Below, piece by piece: positions 15,226 through 27,418 of a stretch of 64,000 nucleotides of DNA. This stretch comes from Octopus vulgaris. Lineage: Eukaryota. Positions within the stretch are counted from its first letter, which is position 1, and each line of letters opens with the position of its first letter. The notes beneath the pieces were generated by a model. The model was not told the DNA's origin, made no database searches, and saw only the letters and a list, made by a program, of their open reading frames with translations. The translations under genes were made by a program, and so were the position numbers. Where the stretch lies: assembly GCA_951406725.2 (NCBI GenBank), contig OX597830.1:10416001-10480000 (forward strand). Reading direction: 5' to 3'.

Positions 15226-16339
15226 CTTTTGAATTACATATACATATACACAGAAAATATGAGAAACGGTACCGTTTTTTTCTGCTTCTGTTTGACGAAT
15301 GTCTCGATCCCGAAACGTTAAATTATTCTTCAAACACAGTAATTGTACTTAAGGAACTTTTTGACACCTTTCTAACATTCAACACACATCTTATAACATT
15401 CTGACTAACAGACAGACATATTTACCGACTAACTGTCTGTCTCAGAGAACAGCTAATTATGTCTGCTAATTAAATCAGCTAATTATATTCACTGACAAGC
15501 TACGTAGAGATTATGGAATCCCACTAACACCAACCGTTGCTTTTCGATATCGTTTCTCACATACATATATCTGTGTGTATGTATGCATGTGTTGAATACA
15601 TATACGTATATGCATTATATGTATATATTATTATACATACATGTAGATGCATATATATATCCATATATTTATATATGCACATACATATGTATATAAAACA
15701 TATACACATACATGTATATATATTAATATATACACACACATGTATATATATATATATATATTAATAAATATATATTTAGGCATTATGCGTGTGTATGTAT
15801 GTATGTATGTATGTATGTATGTATGTATGTATGTATGTGTGTATATATGTGTGAATCAACATAATTCTTCTTCGTCAAATATTATTTTCTCTAAAAATCC
15901 CTTTTATCCATTTAGTTCAGGGTCTCTAACAAATAAATCAAATAAATTTCACACTTGACGAGATTCTCGTCTCGGCGTGATTTTGAATTATGTGTTATAA
16001 TTTGATTTTACTTCATGCATAGTAAATTATCTCTTTCTAACATTAGTTAATATGCAGTTTCCACTGTGTCAGTCGAGTTAAGTGCATATAATAAACATCA
16101 TATTTAATGCACGGTGTAGTTAAAGGTTAACTGCAAATAATTATGAGGTTAACACACAGAAAAACGAAGGAAGAAATATGAAAGAAGCCATAATGTTAAT
16201 AACATATCATAAAATGTCATGTAATGCAAAGTGTAATGTGTAATAAAAATAAAGTGTGTATATATGCACTTTCCTATTTGTTTTTATGCACTCAGTATTT
16301 TAAGGTAACATCTATTAGCATCTATTATGGAGCTCCCTT

Positions 16340-16429
<90 letters not shown>

Positions 16430-16899
16430 GATATATGTATATGTATACATATGAACGTATGTATGTAGGTACGTATGTATTTAATAGGATGACTGTAATA
16501 AGAAGTGTATAAAAAAATAAATGGCAGAAAATTAGAATTTCTTCTTGTCTGAAGGAAAGATATTTCAACCACTTATGTATAGATAGTCCTTCTCTATCTC
16601 TCGTACATAGTCTCTGACACAAACATACATACACACACGCACATAAATACAAATTCACTCAAATTCGTAAATGCAATACAACCGTGAAATGTCTAATATA
16701 TGTAAGAGCGAATTGGAAAAGTGTCGGTGTATTTTAATCTGGATTTCTGCGCTCTGAGTTCAAATTACGTTGAGGTCAACTATACCGTTTTTTTTTTTTC
16801 CGTGTTTCTTTTGGTCAATAAATAAAATGCTACTTCGGCATTGAGCTCATTTCCCTGTCCTTTTTTCTAATTGTCTCTTTCACAAGAAAATTGGTTGTG

Positions 16900-17110
16900 G
16901 TCATATTTTATTGCTTGTTTTATATAGTAAATGGCCAGTCAGACGAAAGACCTCTCTCTCTGAAAGTAAATGACCACTGCGACCAGGTGACCAATCCAGT
17001 GTAGTATCTTTGTCGGAAATACCAAGTTTTCTCACTCTCCTAAGAAACCTATGTACACCCATCAGTTCTCTTGCCATTGTCGTCAAATTGCTTCTCACCA
17101 ATTGATTCTG
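16900..17110 (-). pseudogene. Possible Tc1-like transposase N-terminal HTH relic
   Basis: ORF reads MARELMGVHRFLRRVRKLG...PGRSGHLLSEREVFRL, resembling the HTH-GRPR-LS.R pattern of Tc1/Tc3. Confidence 0.35.
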
Positions 17111-17139
17111 GCATTGGATATTTGCAATAGAATACAATG

Positions 17140-18135
17140 ACATCTAAACTAGAACTTGGCGTGATTTGAACTCAGAACAGTCGGATCAAATCCTTGTATT
17201 TCCCACGCCCTAACGCTTTCGTTAATTTACGGCCTTCGCACCCATATGCAAACATATATATTTCTTTCTACTATAAACACGAGGCCCAAAGGTTTAGAGG
17301 AGGGGTGCTAGTCGATTACATCGGCTCCACTGCTCAACTGGTACGTATTTTATCGGTCCCGAAAGGACGAAAGGCAAAGTCGACTTTGATGGAATCTGAA
17401 ATACAGACGAAATACCAACACATTTTGTTTCGTATCCTGGCGATTCTACCAGCTCACTGCCTTCATACATATATTCGTACATTGATTTCGAATTTTGGCA
17501 CAAGGCTTGCAGTTTCGAAGGAGGGAGACATTGATCACATAAATAGCAGCATTGATCTTATAACATTCTGACTAACAGACAGACATATTTACCGACTAAC
17601 TGTCTGTCTCACAGAACAGCTAATTATGTCTGCTAATTATTTCGTCCCCAAAACGATGCATGGCAAAGACGACCTCAACGGAACTGGAACTCAGAGTGTA
17701 AAAACAAACGAAATGCCACTAACCATTTTGTCCGGCGTGCTAAAGATTCTTCTCTACTCTAGGTACAAGGCCTGTGACTTGGAGGAAGGGGACAGTCGAT
17801 TACTTCGGGTCCAGTGCATAACTGGTAATTAATTCATCGACCTCGAAAGGCAAAGTCGACCTCGGCGGAATTTGAACTCAGAACGTAACGGCAAATGAAA
17901 TACATATTTCTTTACTACCCACAAGGGGCTAAACACAGAGGGGACAAGCAAGGACAGACAAAGGGATTAAGTCGATTATATCGACCCAGTTCGTAACTGG
18001 TACTTATTTAATCGACCCTGAAAGGATGAAAGGCAAAGTCGACCTCGGCGGAATTTGAACTCAGAACGTATAAGCATACGAATTACCACTAAGCATTTCG
18101 CCCGGCGTTCTAACGTTTCTGCCAGCTTGCGCCGC
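17140..18135 (-). mobile_element. Cluster/array of SINE family B copies
   Basis: Repeated aaaggcaaagtcgacctcggcggaatttgaactcagaacgta; head ctgccagcttgcgcc at ~18130. Confidence 0.85.
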
Positions 18136-18382
18136 TTTTGTAAACATATACGTTACGTCACATCACATTACATTGCGCTATATTACATTGTATTAATAAC
18201 ATAGGTTCGATTCCCAGACCAAAGCACTTCCTTTCACGTTGTTCCAGGCCACTCTGCTGTTAATGGGTCGCCTCTACGACGGAATAGGCTTCCAGTCAGG
18301 GGGAATATTGGCCTCTTCATCTAGACAGCGGGGATGGATTTTCTTGTGTTTTTGCTTCGTCTTGGTGGGATTAATTATGCAT

Positions 18383-18440
<58 letters not shown>

Positions 18441-18446
<6 letters not shown>

Positions 18447-18629
18447 CAATAACAAGAACGTTTGAATGAAAATTCATAAATTCATTTAATGTATTGCTAC
18501 GTACGTTTCCACGAACCACATGCTTTAGCTGTATTTCCAATCCATAGAATATTCGAAATATGATTTTCAAAAATCCATGGATTAAGAGATTTATGAACTT
18601 CCATCCAAAAGTTCTTGCTATTACTATAT
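18441..18629. mobile_element. MITE with ~40 bp imperfect TIRs, TA flanks
   Basis: atatagcaataacaagaacgtttgaatgaaaattcataaat versus atttatgaacttccatccaaaagttcttgctattactatat. Confidence 0.7.
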
Positions 18630-18814
18630 TAATTCATACGCTATAGCGGCACCAGACTAATAATTATCCCATAAAATTACTCTGGGTAGGAACAATATAT
18701 ATATATATATACTTAAACATATCAAAGGGAAATGGAAAATTAATTGAAATTTTCACTTTCAGTGGCCTAACGTGTAAAAATTTAGTCCCAAAAGACTATG
18801 AATTAGTCATAATC

Positions 18815-18931
18815 TATAGTGTGCATTTAAACACATAAGGAATCCACCCGTAGAATTCAACACGCTAGCTGTTCTTTCTAGCGTGTTGAATTCCACGAGT
18901 GGATTCCTTATGTGTTTAAATGTACACTATA
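18815..18931. repeat. Near-perfect palindrome, 54 bp arms, 9 nt loop
   Basis: 18815-18868 is the reverse complement of 18878-18931 with 3 mismatches. Confidence 0.95.
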
Positions 18932-18957
18932 TGTGTGTGTGTGTGTGTATGTATGTA

Positions 18958-19675
18958 TGTCGTGGGATCGCGGTTTCGCTTCCCAGACCGAGCAGTCTGA
19001 GTTTCTATTGAGGGAAAACACCTAAAGCTCCACAAGGCTCCGGCAGGGGGCGGTGGCGAACCTTGCTGTACTGTTTCTTTCACCACAACTTTCTCTCACT
19101 CTTTCTTCCTGTTTCTGTTGTACCTCTATTTCAAAGGGGCCAGCCTTGTCACACTCTGTGTCACGCTGAAACTCCCCGAGAAATACATACATTAAAGGTA
19201 CACGTGTCTGTGGAGTGCTCAGCCACTTGCACGTTAATTTCGCGAGCAGGCTATTCCGTTGATCGGATCAACTGGAACCCTCGTGCAGGAATGGCTGTGT
19301 GGTAAGGAGTTTGCTTCCCGACAGCATTTTCTCCGGTTTCAATCCTACTGCCTGGCACCTTGGACAAATGGACATTAAAGGTACACGTGTCTGTGGAGTG
19401 CTCAGCCACTTGCACGTTAATTTCGCGAGCAGGCTATTCCGTTGATCGGATCAACTGGAACCCTCGTGCAGGAATGGCTGTGTGGTAAGGAGTTTGCTTC
19501 CCGACAGCATTTTCTCCGGTTTCAATCCTACTGCCTGGCACCTTGGACAAATGGACATTAAAGGTACACGTGTCTGTGGAGTATTCAGCTACTTGCACGT
19601 TAATTTCACGAGCAGGCTGTTCCGTTGATCGGATCAACTGGAACCCTCGTCGTAGTAACCGACAGAGTGCCACGA
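18958..19675 (+). mobile_element. SINE family C with an internal 183 bp tandem amplification containing a family A head
   Basis: Body similar to 35273-35530, tail similar to 53808-53990; cattaaaggtacacgtg recurs at 19190, 19373, 19556. Confidence 0.8.
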
Positions 19676-20149
19676 CGATATGTTTGTATGCATGTATGTA
19701 TGCATGCATGTATGTATGCATGCATGTATGTATGCATGCATGTATGCATATGGGTGTGTATATTACTCAAGATTAAAGATATACTGGACTGGTCTAGCCT
19801 GAGAATTGATAAATAGATAAGCTGTAAGTAATTTCGGTAAATCCTGGTGCGATTGATGCCAACAGAAACATCAACACCCATGCCATTGTTTTCGCGTTTA
19901 TTCTTCATTTATTTTTCATTTTTTCTTCTATTGACATTTTTCCAGGGGTGGTGGGGCCGCTAGTTTCTCTTCCTGCATTTTTTCCTTTCGTCTTCCTCTC
20001 TCTCTCTTCTCGTTTTATGCCACCCAAATTGTTTGACCCTGATCTCGTTATATCAACATTACCACCAACACTAACAACGCCACCTAGCACCCTATCCGAT
20101 ACACTACTTTTACCACAATAATCATAGCAGCGACAATGCCTACAACAAT

Positions 20150-20545
20150 GGCAAGGGAATCTCTGGGTGGCCACCTGGCCTGCTAGAAATAGCAACCAAA
20201 TCTCCCTCAAAATCACACCCTAGACATGGCAGCCGAATATTTCACAGATCATACTCCACCAACTAGAAATAACAACCAGATAGCCTTTAATTCAATCTCA
20301 TCAAGAATAACGGCCGAATCTGTCACAAATCACACCCAACCAACTAAAAGTAGCAGATAAATCTCCCTCAAAACACACTCTATCATCAAGAAATAACAGC
20401 TGAATCGTTAACAAATCAAGCCCGGCCGACAAGAAATGACAACCAAATTTCCCTCAAATCAAAGTCTATCATTTAGTATTAGCAGCCAAATTTTTTTTAC
20501 GAACCACTCCCTACCAACTAGAAATAACAACTAAATCTAGAAATA
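20150..20545. repeat. Degenerate ~42 bp minisatellite, about 9 units
   Basis: Variants of ctagaaatagcaaccaaatctccctcaaaatcacaccc starting near 20183, 20220, 20263, 20302, 20344, 20387, 20430, 20473, 20518. Confidence 0.8.
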
Positions 20546-21445
20546 TCGGTTTCCAATTTTGGCATAAGGCCAGTAATTTGGGGACTGCGAGTTAGTTCCA
20601 TTACACTCCCACCCCCACTGTATTCAACTGGTACTTATTTTATTGGTCCCGAAAGAATGTAATGCAAAGTCGACTTCAGCGGAATTCGAACTCAGAACGG
20701 AAAGGCAGACGGAATGCCGCCAGGTATTTTTCCTGGTGTTCTAAGGATCCTGCCAACTCGTCACCTTTTTGGTACAAGACCAGCAAATTCGGGGGAGAGT
20801 TAAGTCGATTAGATCGATCCCAGTACGCAACTGGTACTTAATTTATCGACCCCAAAAGGATGAAAGGCAAAGTCGACTTCGGCGGAATTTGAACTCAGAA
20901 CGTAGCGGCAGGCAAAATACCTATTTCTTTACTACCCAAGAGGACAAACAAGGACAGACAAACGGATTAAGTCGATTACATAGACACCAGTGCGTAACTG
21001 GTACTTAATTTATCGACCCCGAAAGGCTGAGAAGCAAAGTCGACCTCGGCGGAATTTGAACTCAGAACGTAGCGGCAGACGAAATACCGCTAAGCATTTC
21101 GCCCGGCGTGCTAACGATTCTGCCAGCTCACAGCCTTTAATGGCAGACGAAATACCTGTTTCTTTATTGCCCACAAGGGGCTAAACACAGAGGGGACAAA
21201 CAAGGACAGACAGATTAAGTCGATTACATCGACCCCAGTGCGTAACTGGTACTTAATTTATCGACCCCGAAAGGATGAAAGGCAAAGTCGACCTCGGCGG
21301 AATGTGAACTCAGAACGTAGCGGCAGACGAAATACCGCTAAGCATTTCGCCCGGCGTGCTAACGTTTCTGCCAGCTCACGCCGGAGAAAATACCGCTTTG
21401 CATTTTGTCCGGCGTGGTTACGATTCTACCAGTGCGCCGCCTTAC
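20545..21445 (-). mobile_element. SINE family B tandem array
   Basis: Four Meta-like cores joined by ggacaaacaaggacagac or other tail segments. Confidence 0.9.
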
Positions 21446-22124
21446 ATTACATAACTACTATAATGCTGTAGAACTTTGATACTCACCAACAGTGGCAGAT
21501 GCATGGGTGTTGTCCTAGTTGCCCTTGCGACACCCTTTCTAGCCGAGCCGACACCAAAAGATATCGGGACCAACGTTTTTTTTTTTTTCAGCAATTTCAC
21601 ATCGTTACTGTTTCATATGCATATTGTCCACTGCAACAAAGAATTCATAAAAATGGGTCCATTTGTTACGAATTGCTATTCCCACCTTATGTAGTATTTC
21701 TTTTTCCCTTAACCTTTTGGGCAACACCCCCCAAAATGCTTGGACCCCGCTCCCTAGCCAAGCGCAATGAATATTAAGGATCTGAGTATCTGACTTTAAT
21801 AATGTTCTTTATAGGGAACCCAGTTCTGTGTGGTGGATACTCGACGTGATGGAAATAACAAGCGTCTCCCTCGATTAATACGATACGGTCTTTGGAAAGA
21901 AGTTGTCCGTTTGTTTGAATATTTGCCGTTTAATGCTTTAATTCTTCTTCTATTTGGTTCCCAACAACAGTCCACGTGACCCCTATGGGTTCACGTAAGA
22001 TTGGGGGTGGGGCATACGAGCAAAATAATAAATTGGGGGTTCGCAGTAGTATTTTAAGGGTTCATTGGATAGTCTTAAAAATACAGTGATTGAATGAAAA
22101 ATGGGATGGTCTTGATAGGAGATG

Positions 22125-22708
22125 CAAGCTGGCAGAATCGTTAACATGCCGGACAAAATGCGTAGCGACATTTCGTCCGTCTTTAAGTTCAAATTCCCCC
22201 GCGGTCGACCTTGCCTTTCAATTTTTCTGAGTCGATGAAATAAGTACCAGCTGAGTGCTGGGGTCGATGTATTCAACAGAACCCCTCTCTCCAAATTCCA
22301 GGCCTTGTGCCAAAATATGAAACCGATGTTACTATTCTTGACGATGATGATGATTGTGGTGGTGGTTTTGGTGGTGGTGGTGATGGGGAGGCGGCGAGCT
22401 GGCAGAACCGGGCGAAATGCACGCCGGGCGAAATGCACGCCGGGCGAAATGCACGCCGGGCGAAATGCACGCCGGGCGAAATGCACGCCGGGCGAAATGC
22501 ACGCCGGGCGAAATGCTTAGCAGTATTTCGTCTGCCGTTACGTTCTGAGTTCAAATTCCGCCGAGGTCGACTTTGCCTTTCATCCTTTTGGGGTCGATTA
22601 AATAAGTACCAGTTACGCACTGGGGTCGATGTAATCGACTTAATCCGTTTGTCTGTCCTCCTTTGTCCTCTCTGTGTTTAACCCCTTGTGGGTAGTAAAG
22701 AAATAGGT
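22125..22708 (+). mobile_element. Two SINE family B copies; the second carries a 16 bp tandem expansion in its head
   Basis: ggcggcgagctggcagaa head; (ccgggcgaaatgcacg)x6.8 at 22408-22516. Confidence 0.9.
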
Positions 22709-22911
22709 AGTGATGGGAGGAAGAGGGGAGGGTGTAGAGTTGATGATGAAGATGATGATGACGACTACGACGATGACGATGGCTGTCATCATCATCATCA
22801 TCATGAAGATGATGATGCTGTTAATATAAACAACCTCACATGGAGTTCCAATAATGTTTCACAGTTGTTTGTTGTCGTAAGAAATCTAACATGACATCAT
22901 CATGTCAGTTG

Positions 22912-22961
<50 letters not shown>

Positions 22962-23089
22962 CATATTATAAACGATTTTGGTTCCTAACTTACAAAAACA
23001 ATAAGTGGACACACAGTTATACAAACTCACACAAACACACACGCACACATACATACATACATACATATATATATATATATACATATGCA

Positions 23090-23143
<54 letters not shown>

Positions 23144-23650
23144 CATTCACACATATACATGCATATATATATATATATATATATATATGAATATTCGTAT
23201 ATACATAAGTATATATATAGAGATAAATACATACATATATACATAAATATACTTGTGTGTGTGTATATATATACATAAAGATGTCTGTATGTCTATACAA
23301 ACATGTGTCTGAGTGTATGTATTGAAAGAAAGGAAGGAAGGAAGAAAGAAAGGCCTGTTTCGAAAACAACGACTGTGTTCTAGTTCTCTCTTTTATAGCA
23401 AAGTTTCCAGTTTGTAAAAGTAAAGTTTCTAAAAATTCTCAAAAAATATGCACAAACTACTTAACAAATGTGCATCCTCGAGGCCCCATTAATCCACAAG
23501 ATGTACATTTTCCCCTGTGCTGTCCAAGCTGTACCAAGTCTAGTTTCCATAGCCTTCTTAGTGACTTCCGCTTGAGAACCTTCAGAACGGAAGTTGTCCG
23601 ATTGTTTGAATGTCCGCCGTTTAATGCTTTAATTCTTTATGATATAAAGC

Positions 23651-23740
23651 AGGGGTTCTCAACTAGGGTCCACGTGACCCCTAGGCGTCCATGTAAGATT
23701 TTTATGGGGGAGCCACATGAGCAAAATAATAAATCAGGGG
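23651..23740 (+). mobile_element. hAT-like MITE end fragment
   Basis: caggggttctcaac terminus typical of hAT/Charlie TIRs; related copy at ~21955-22040. Confidence 0.5.
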
Positions 23741-24031
23741 TTCTTCCTTCTGAGTTCAAATTCTGCATAAGTCAACTTCGCCTTTTTTCTTTTCCGGGTC
23801 GCTAAAATAAGTACCATTTGAGCAGAGGGATCGATGTTATGGACTAGACCCCACTCCTTCAAATTTTCAGGCCTTTCGTTTATAGTAGAAAGGATTATAG
23901 GTCTTTGCTGGGAATAGTTTTGCATTAGGATTAATTATCCTTTTGTAGGACACGGTGTGATGTTTTCTTTTGACAAAGTTTGCCTTCTTGATTCCGCATC
24001 TTATATATTTCTAATGAATGCTAGCGTATAT

Positions 24032-24264
24032 ATTTCTTTACTACCCACAGGGGGCTAAACACAGAGGGGACAAACAAGGACTGACAAACGGATTAAGTCG
24101 ATTACATAGACCCCAGTGCGTAACTGGTACTTAATTTATCGACCCCGAAAGGATGAAAGGCAAAGTAGACCTCGGCGGAATCTGAACGCACAACGTAACG
24201 GCAGGCGAAATACGGCAACGCATTTCGCCCAGCGTGCTAACGTTTCTGCCAGCTCGCCGCCTTG
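24032..24264 (-). mobile_element. SINE family B, full-length monomer with 19 bp target-site duplication
   Basis: aatgaatgctagcgtatat at 24013-24031 and 24265-24283 flanks a head-to-tail copy. Confidence 0.95.
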
Positions 24265-24599
24265 AATGAATGCTAGCGTATATCTACACTTTTTTCATTC
24301 ATCCAACAGCATGTTATATAGTCTGTATGCTTTTAATAATAATCCTGTACCAGACATAATCATCGTAAGCTGCGGTAACGAACGTTTCATTTGATGGTAT
24401 TTTTTTAAGACTCTAGGACTCAATGAAACAGTTTTTAAACAATACCTCAAAGCATAGTGTCAAAAGGAGTAGGACAGATAAATCTGAATGATCAATTAAG
24501 CATTTGATGAAATAGTATCGAGAATTATTGTTATGAACCACCGGACAGCAGTGAGGAATTTCCCCGAGACCTTCTCATAATTCCCTTCAACATATAACA

Positions 24600-25625
24600 T
24601 TAGTTTCAAATCATGGCACAAGACCAGAGATAAAGGGATGAAAGGCAAAGTCGACCTCGGCGAAATTTGAACTCAGAATGTACAGAAAGTAAAATTCCCG
24701 CTAAGCATTTTCCTTTCTACTATAGGCACAAGGCCTGAAATTTTGTGTGGGAGGGGACAAGTCGATTACATCGATCCCAGTGTTAAACTAGTTCTTATTT
24801 CATCGACCCCGAAAGGTAGTAAAGGCAAAGTCGACCTTGGCGAAATTTGAACCCAGAACGTACAGACGGGAAAAATGCGCCAAGTATTTTCCTTTCTACT
24901 ATAAGCACAAAGCCTGAAATTTTTGTGCGTGGGTAGGGGACTAGTTGATTACATTGACCCAGTGTTTCACTGGTACCTAATTTATCGACCCCCGAAAAGG
25001 ATGAAAAGCAATGTCGACCTCAGTGGAATTTGAACTCAGAACGTACAGACGGGAAAATGCCGCTAAGCATTTTCCTTTCTACTATAATTTTGGAGGAAGG
25101 GGCAAGTCGTTGCATTGATCCCAGTACTCAAATGTACTCCGAAAGAATGAAAGTCAAAGTCGACCTCGGCGGAATTTGAACTCAGAACGTAGTGGCAGAT
25201 GAAATACCTGTTTCTTTATTACCCACAAGGGGCTAAACACAGAGAGGACAAACAAGGACAGACAAACGGATTAAGTAGATTATATCGACCCCAGTACGTA
25301 ACTGGTACTTATTTAATCGACGCCGAAAGGATGAGAGACAAAGTTGACCTCGGCAGAATTTGAACTCAGAACGTAACGACAGACGAAATGCCTATTTCTT
25401 TACTACCCACATGGGGCTAAACACAGGGAGGACAAACAAGGACAGACAAACGGATTAAGTCGATTATATCGACCCCAGTGCGTAAATGGTACTTATTTAA
25501 TCGACCCCGAAAGGATGAAAGGCAAAGTCGACCTCGGCTGCATTTGAACTCAGAACGTAGTGGCAAACGAAATGCTGCTGAGCGTTTCGCCCGGCCTGCT
25601 AACGTTTCTGCCAGCTCGCCGCCCT
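24600..25625 (-). mobile_element. SINE family B tandem array (six cores, two tail types)
   Basis: gtcgacctcggcggaatttgaactcagaacgta-like core near 24650, 24830, 25015, 25160, 25345, 25530. Confidence 0.9.
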
Positions 25626-26510
25626 AGTCTCAATGATAATCATTACAGTGGCTACATATATTAGTGTGTGTACATCTTTGTATGTGTGCGTTTACGTGTG
25701 AATGTGTATAGGAGGGAAAATAAAAGTTTTCATTGAGAAATCGAATTTCAACGAATCATATGCTTCGTTTGTATTTGCCTCATTCTGAATATGTTACCTA
25801 TTTGCAACGACGCCATGTTTCGAACGAACTAAACAGAATTCAAACGGAATATATTAATATTTACTCAATTTGTGGAACTTGCAACTTTAAAATTTTAATT
25901 TTTAAAAGGTAAGAATTCTTTTGAATATTGTGTTAAAATATCGACTAAATTCATTCGAACCACGTATTTCGTATTTATTGATGTAAAGTTTTTTTTTTAA
26001 ATTATGATACTTTTTAATTAATTTTTATCACAACCCTCGTCTAGTGAGGTAGGTGTAATTGCTGATCGGCATGCTTTCGAAATAGCTTATGGAGGAGGAA
26101 AAAGGGGCAACGAATTTGGAAAGGGGTTGTTTCCTTCTGTGAAAGAATTTTTTATCCAAAAATTTTAATTTTTTACATTTTTACCCCACGTTGCCACCAA
26201 AACCTAGGTAAATTTTAACTTTTACACTTGTCTCCCAAAACTGATGCAATCGTTGAAAAATGTTGGTTTTTATTTGTTCTTGATTATGGTGTTTTGAGCT
26301 CAAATATTATCGTCACAGATTAAAGTAATTCCAATTTTTATAATTAATAATCAATTATAATAAATTCCTCTCTTGACGTCGATAAAATAGATGCGTTAGT
26401 TTATTAAATATCTTTTGCAGATTAATTCTATTATATATAAAACTAGAGACATCGAAATTTAATATTTTAAATGGCATAAAGACTTTATAATAACCCTGTG
26501 TATATATGTG

Positions 26511-26541
<31 letters not shown>

Positions 26542-27194
26542 AGTTCTGTTCCTAAAAGTTGCTTATTTTCTATCTCCTTTTTCCCCTCCAGCTCCTTTCA
26601 CAGTCAATCCTGAACCCTTCTTTCTTTCCCTTCTCTATATTTTGCAAATGTGAAATGAAAAAAAAAATAACAAAAAAATGATAGTAAAAAGCCCCCAAAT
26701 AAAATACGTAGTTTGTGTACGGTAAGATAAGACGATCGTATAATATCATTAAGCAGAAGATAACGATCTGAACTCGGCAACTAATGACGCTCTTATATTG
26801 TATGTTGTTATTCAGATAGGATTTCCGTCCTCACTCAGTGACACATTTCAAGATTCTATACAATTCCATTCCTCCTGGAAATCTAGGTTCCGCTTTTGTT
26901 GTTGTTTTAGTGTTATTATCATATTTTTTTCCGTTCGTTATTCTTTTTCGTTGTTGTTGTTGTTGATATTTTGGTGCTTTCGTTTTCCCCTATTTTTCTC
27001 CTCAAAATAATTACTCAACAAGTCAAACAAACAGGGAAACCCATTTCCCTGCAAATGTTCCACTCTTTGCCGTTTATCTCAAACTTCCGTAATTGCAAGA
27101 TTCGCTGTTTTTATTGTATTTCATATATGCTTTTTTTTCTTTCTTTTTTTTCGTTCTTGCTTTTATTTTTCGTAATCCCAACAACATAAACACT

Positions 27195-27418
27195 GGTTTC
27201 AAAATTTGGTACAAGGCCAGCAATTTCGTGGGAGGGGGGGAGGGAGGGAGTAAGTCGATTACATTGACCCCAGTAATTAACCGGTACTTTGTTATCGACC
27301 CCGAAAGAATGAAAGCAAAGTCAACCTCGGCGGAATTTGAGCTCAGAACCTAAAGACGGACGAAATGCCGGTAATCGTTTTGTCCGGCATGCTAACGGCA
27401 CTGCCAAATCACCGCCTT
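27195..27418 (-). mobile_element. SINE family B variant (aaattttggcacaagg-type tail)
   Basis: Meta-like core plus tttcaaaatttggtacaaggccagcaattt tail. Confidence 0.8.

Noticed and set aside
20990-21471. Recurrent MRNWYLIYRPRKDERQSRPRRNLNSER ORFs
   Set aside because: Antisense reading of SINE family B; recurrence reflects repeat copy number, not a gene family
22688-22894. Poly-D/poly-H ORF
   Set aside because: (GAT)n/(CAT)n trinucleotide microsatellite adjoining a SINE tail
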